In this document: positions 62,226 through 64,000 of the stretch, piece by piece
How the letters are laid out: the number at the start of each line of letters is the position of its first letter
How positions within the stretch are numbered: position 1 is the first letter of the stretch
NCBI GenBank assembly: GCA_050575255.1
Contig: JBNZDD010013522.1
Coordinates: 822,116-886,115 of the forward strand
DNA length: 64,000 nucleotides
From: Harriotta raleighana
Taxonomy: Eukaryota
Direction: 5' to 3'
The notes under the pieces: model-generated
What the model saw: the letters and a program-made list of their open reading frames with translations, nothing else
Told to the model about the DNA's origin: nothing
The model's database searches: none
Made by a program: the position numbers and the translations under genes

Positions 62226-63284
62226 GTGAGATGCCATGCAAGTTGCATTAAAGAAAATTCTGACCTGGTTTTTTGAGTAATTGAAAGTGTTTTTTCAGTT
62301 TTCCAGCAAATAGTTGATTTAACGACACAGGTGTGGGATTCGATGGGAGCTGACCCACATATATTCAGCCTGCTGCCTATTCAGATGCTGTATGTTTGGT
62401 GCACACACAGCATACATGGCATTCACATGGCTGTACGTTACTCTTCCTTGATTGCTGGGATGTTGTCGATCAAATATGATGGGATTCTAAACAGTTACAC
62501 AACTTTAAAAGCAAGTGACGATCACACAGCAACATTCAAATCAAATAAATCTCCCAAGACTTTACGGAATAATAATAATAATCCTTGCATTTGATATACT
62601 CCTTATCCTGTCCTTTGATACTGTACATCTGAAAGCACTTCATGGGATAATCAGTGAAGTCGATTTGTTCTGTGTATTTTGTGGGTTGCGTGAAACGTAA
62701 CTTGAGAGATTGAGATTTATTTGAGGTTGGGGGGAATATCGATCTGAAAGGACGGCTCTAGCCAGAGTCAAGCGTGTGATGTTCTGCTGCATTGTTGTCT
62801 GTTAAAGCTGTTAAACTGACTGCCCCGACCATTCCCCGTGTTTCTTTGCCTACCTTGTAAAATCCGCATGTTACATTTTTACCACGTTGAGAATCTTAAC
62901 CACTGACGGAACCACAGAAAGCTGCTGTTGATATCTATTGTACCACCCCCCCCTAACCACCACCCCCACCCCCATCCCTGTCAAGTTTCCCTCAGCTATT
63001 CGGGAGCCTTTTGAAGAGATTATGTATTTCAATGAACCAGTTTTGAGTCTCCTGAAGTGGCGATTAATAATATTTTTTTTTTAAAAAGGACAAACGTTCG
63101 ACTGGCGTTCTCTCTCTGTTTCCTTTGCGGGCTTTGGAATTTTAATTTCTAGGTTATCCCGCTACTCGCCCCAAGTAAACATACCCCAAGTGTGGTGCGA
63201 CTGTGTGTTTTAGTAGACGAAGGCAGAGGCCAAATTTGCAGCTCAGCAAACGTCCCACAACCAGCATTGATAAGCAAACCACCA

Positions 63285-63440
63285 ATATAATAATAATAAT
63301 AATAATCCTTGCATTTGATATAGCGGCTTTTCACATCTTATCAACGTCCCAAAGCGCTTCACAGAATATACTGTAAAGTGAATTGACTGTATATTTGTGG
63401 GGGGGGATATTATCTGGTGGGGGGATTGTTGGCCAGGCCA
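63285..63440 (-). mobile_element. SINE 3' tail
   Basis: (taa)n tccttgcatttgatatagcggcttttcacatcttatcaacgtcccaaagcgcttcacagaatatactgtaaagtgaattgactgtatatttgtggg. Confidence 0.9.
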
Positions 63441-63454
63441 GGACACTGCGAGGG

Positions 63455-63518
63455 GGAGAGAGAGACAGAGACAGAGAGAGATAGAGAAAGACAGAGAGAG
63501 AGAGAGGGAGAGAGAGAA
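63455..63518. repeat. (GA)n-rich microsatellite
   Basis: gagagagacagag runs. Confidence 0.9.
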
Positions 63519-64000
63519 ACTTCCTTTTTTTTTCCATCCTTAACATTCTTTAACATTCACCAGGGAAACGTAGAACGGAACTTGGTTTAACAGCTTCGCT
63601 CTCAAAATAGATACGATGGAGGGATAGAGACGGGGGGTGGTGGGGGAGGGATAGAGATGGGGGGGTGGGGGGAAGCAGCAAAAACAGATGCTTCATTTAA
63701 AAAAAAGCTAAAAAAAACGGAATGCTATTTTTTTGCTGAATGCACAGAAAGAAGCTCGGAATTTGTCGGGTTAATTTATAATTTACTGCAATCTGAAACC
63801 TGGTTCTCAGTTTCATCACAGTGACTCGTGCTGTTTGGGTGTGAAATTAACATCAACACCTATCAAGTCATTTTTATTCATAGTTTATTCCAGGGCGCTG
63901 TGTACTTTTCCCAATCAATGTGATTTTTTTTTTACTTCGCTCCACAGATGGGTTTTTCTGCTGCACAGAATAATCAGATTAGCTGTCGTTTTGGGAGCGA

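Overview
Vertebrate genomic DNA; the repeat repertoire (Deu-domain tRNA SINEs, L2, CR1, Penelope-type termini) suggests a cartilaginous fish, but the species cannot be fixed from sequence alone. The window holds the complete coding sequence of SETD3 (actin-His73 N-methyltransferase) on the + strand: 12 GT-AG coding exons from 10684 to 52194, 1833 nt, 610 aa. The first 11 coding-exon lengths match the human gene as I recall it. The non-coding first exon and promoter could not be located. Apart from SETD3 exon pieces and L2/CR1 remnants, the ORF track looks spurious. Introns and flanks carry many SINE copies in both orientations, L2/CR1 3' fragments and a TA-flanked Tc1/mariner-type MITE with a CpG-rich 26-bp minisatellite. 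Best leads: (1) two inverted Penelope-type hammerhead-ribozyme modules bracket the ATG exon, and one overlaps its splice donor; (2) back-splicing of the first five coding exons would create an in-frame stop exactly at the junction; (3) several repeat-free, motif-dense intronic blocks may be long-range enhancers. Three duplications next to single Ns look like assembly artefacts. I found no evidence for a new multi-gene system.
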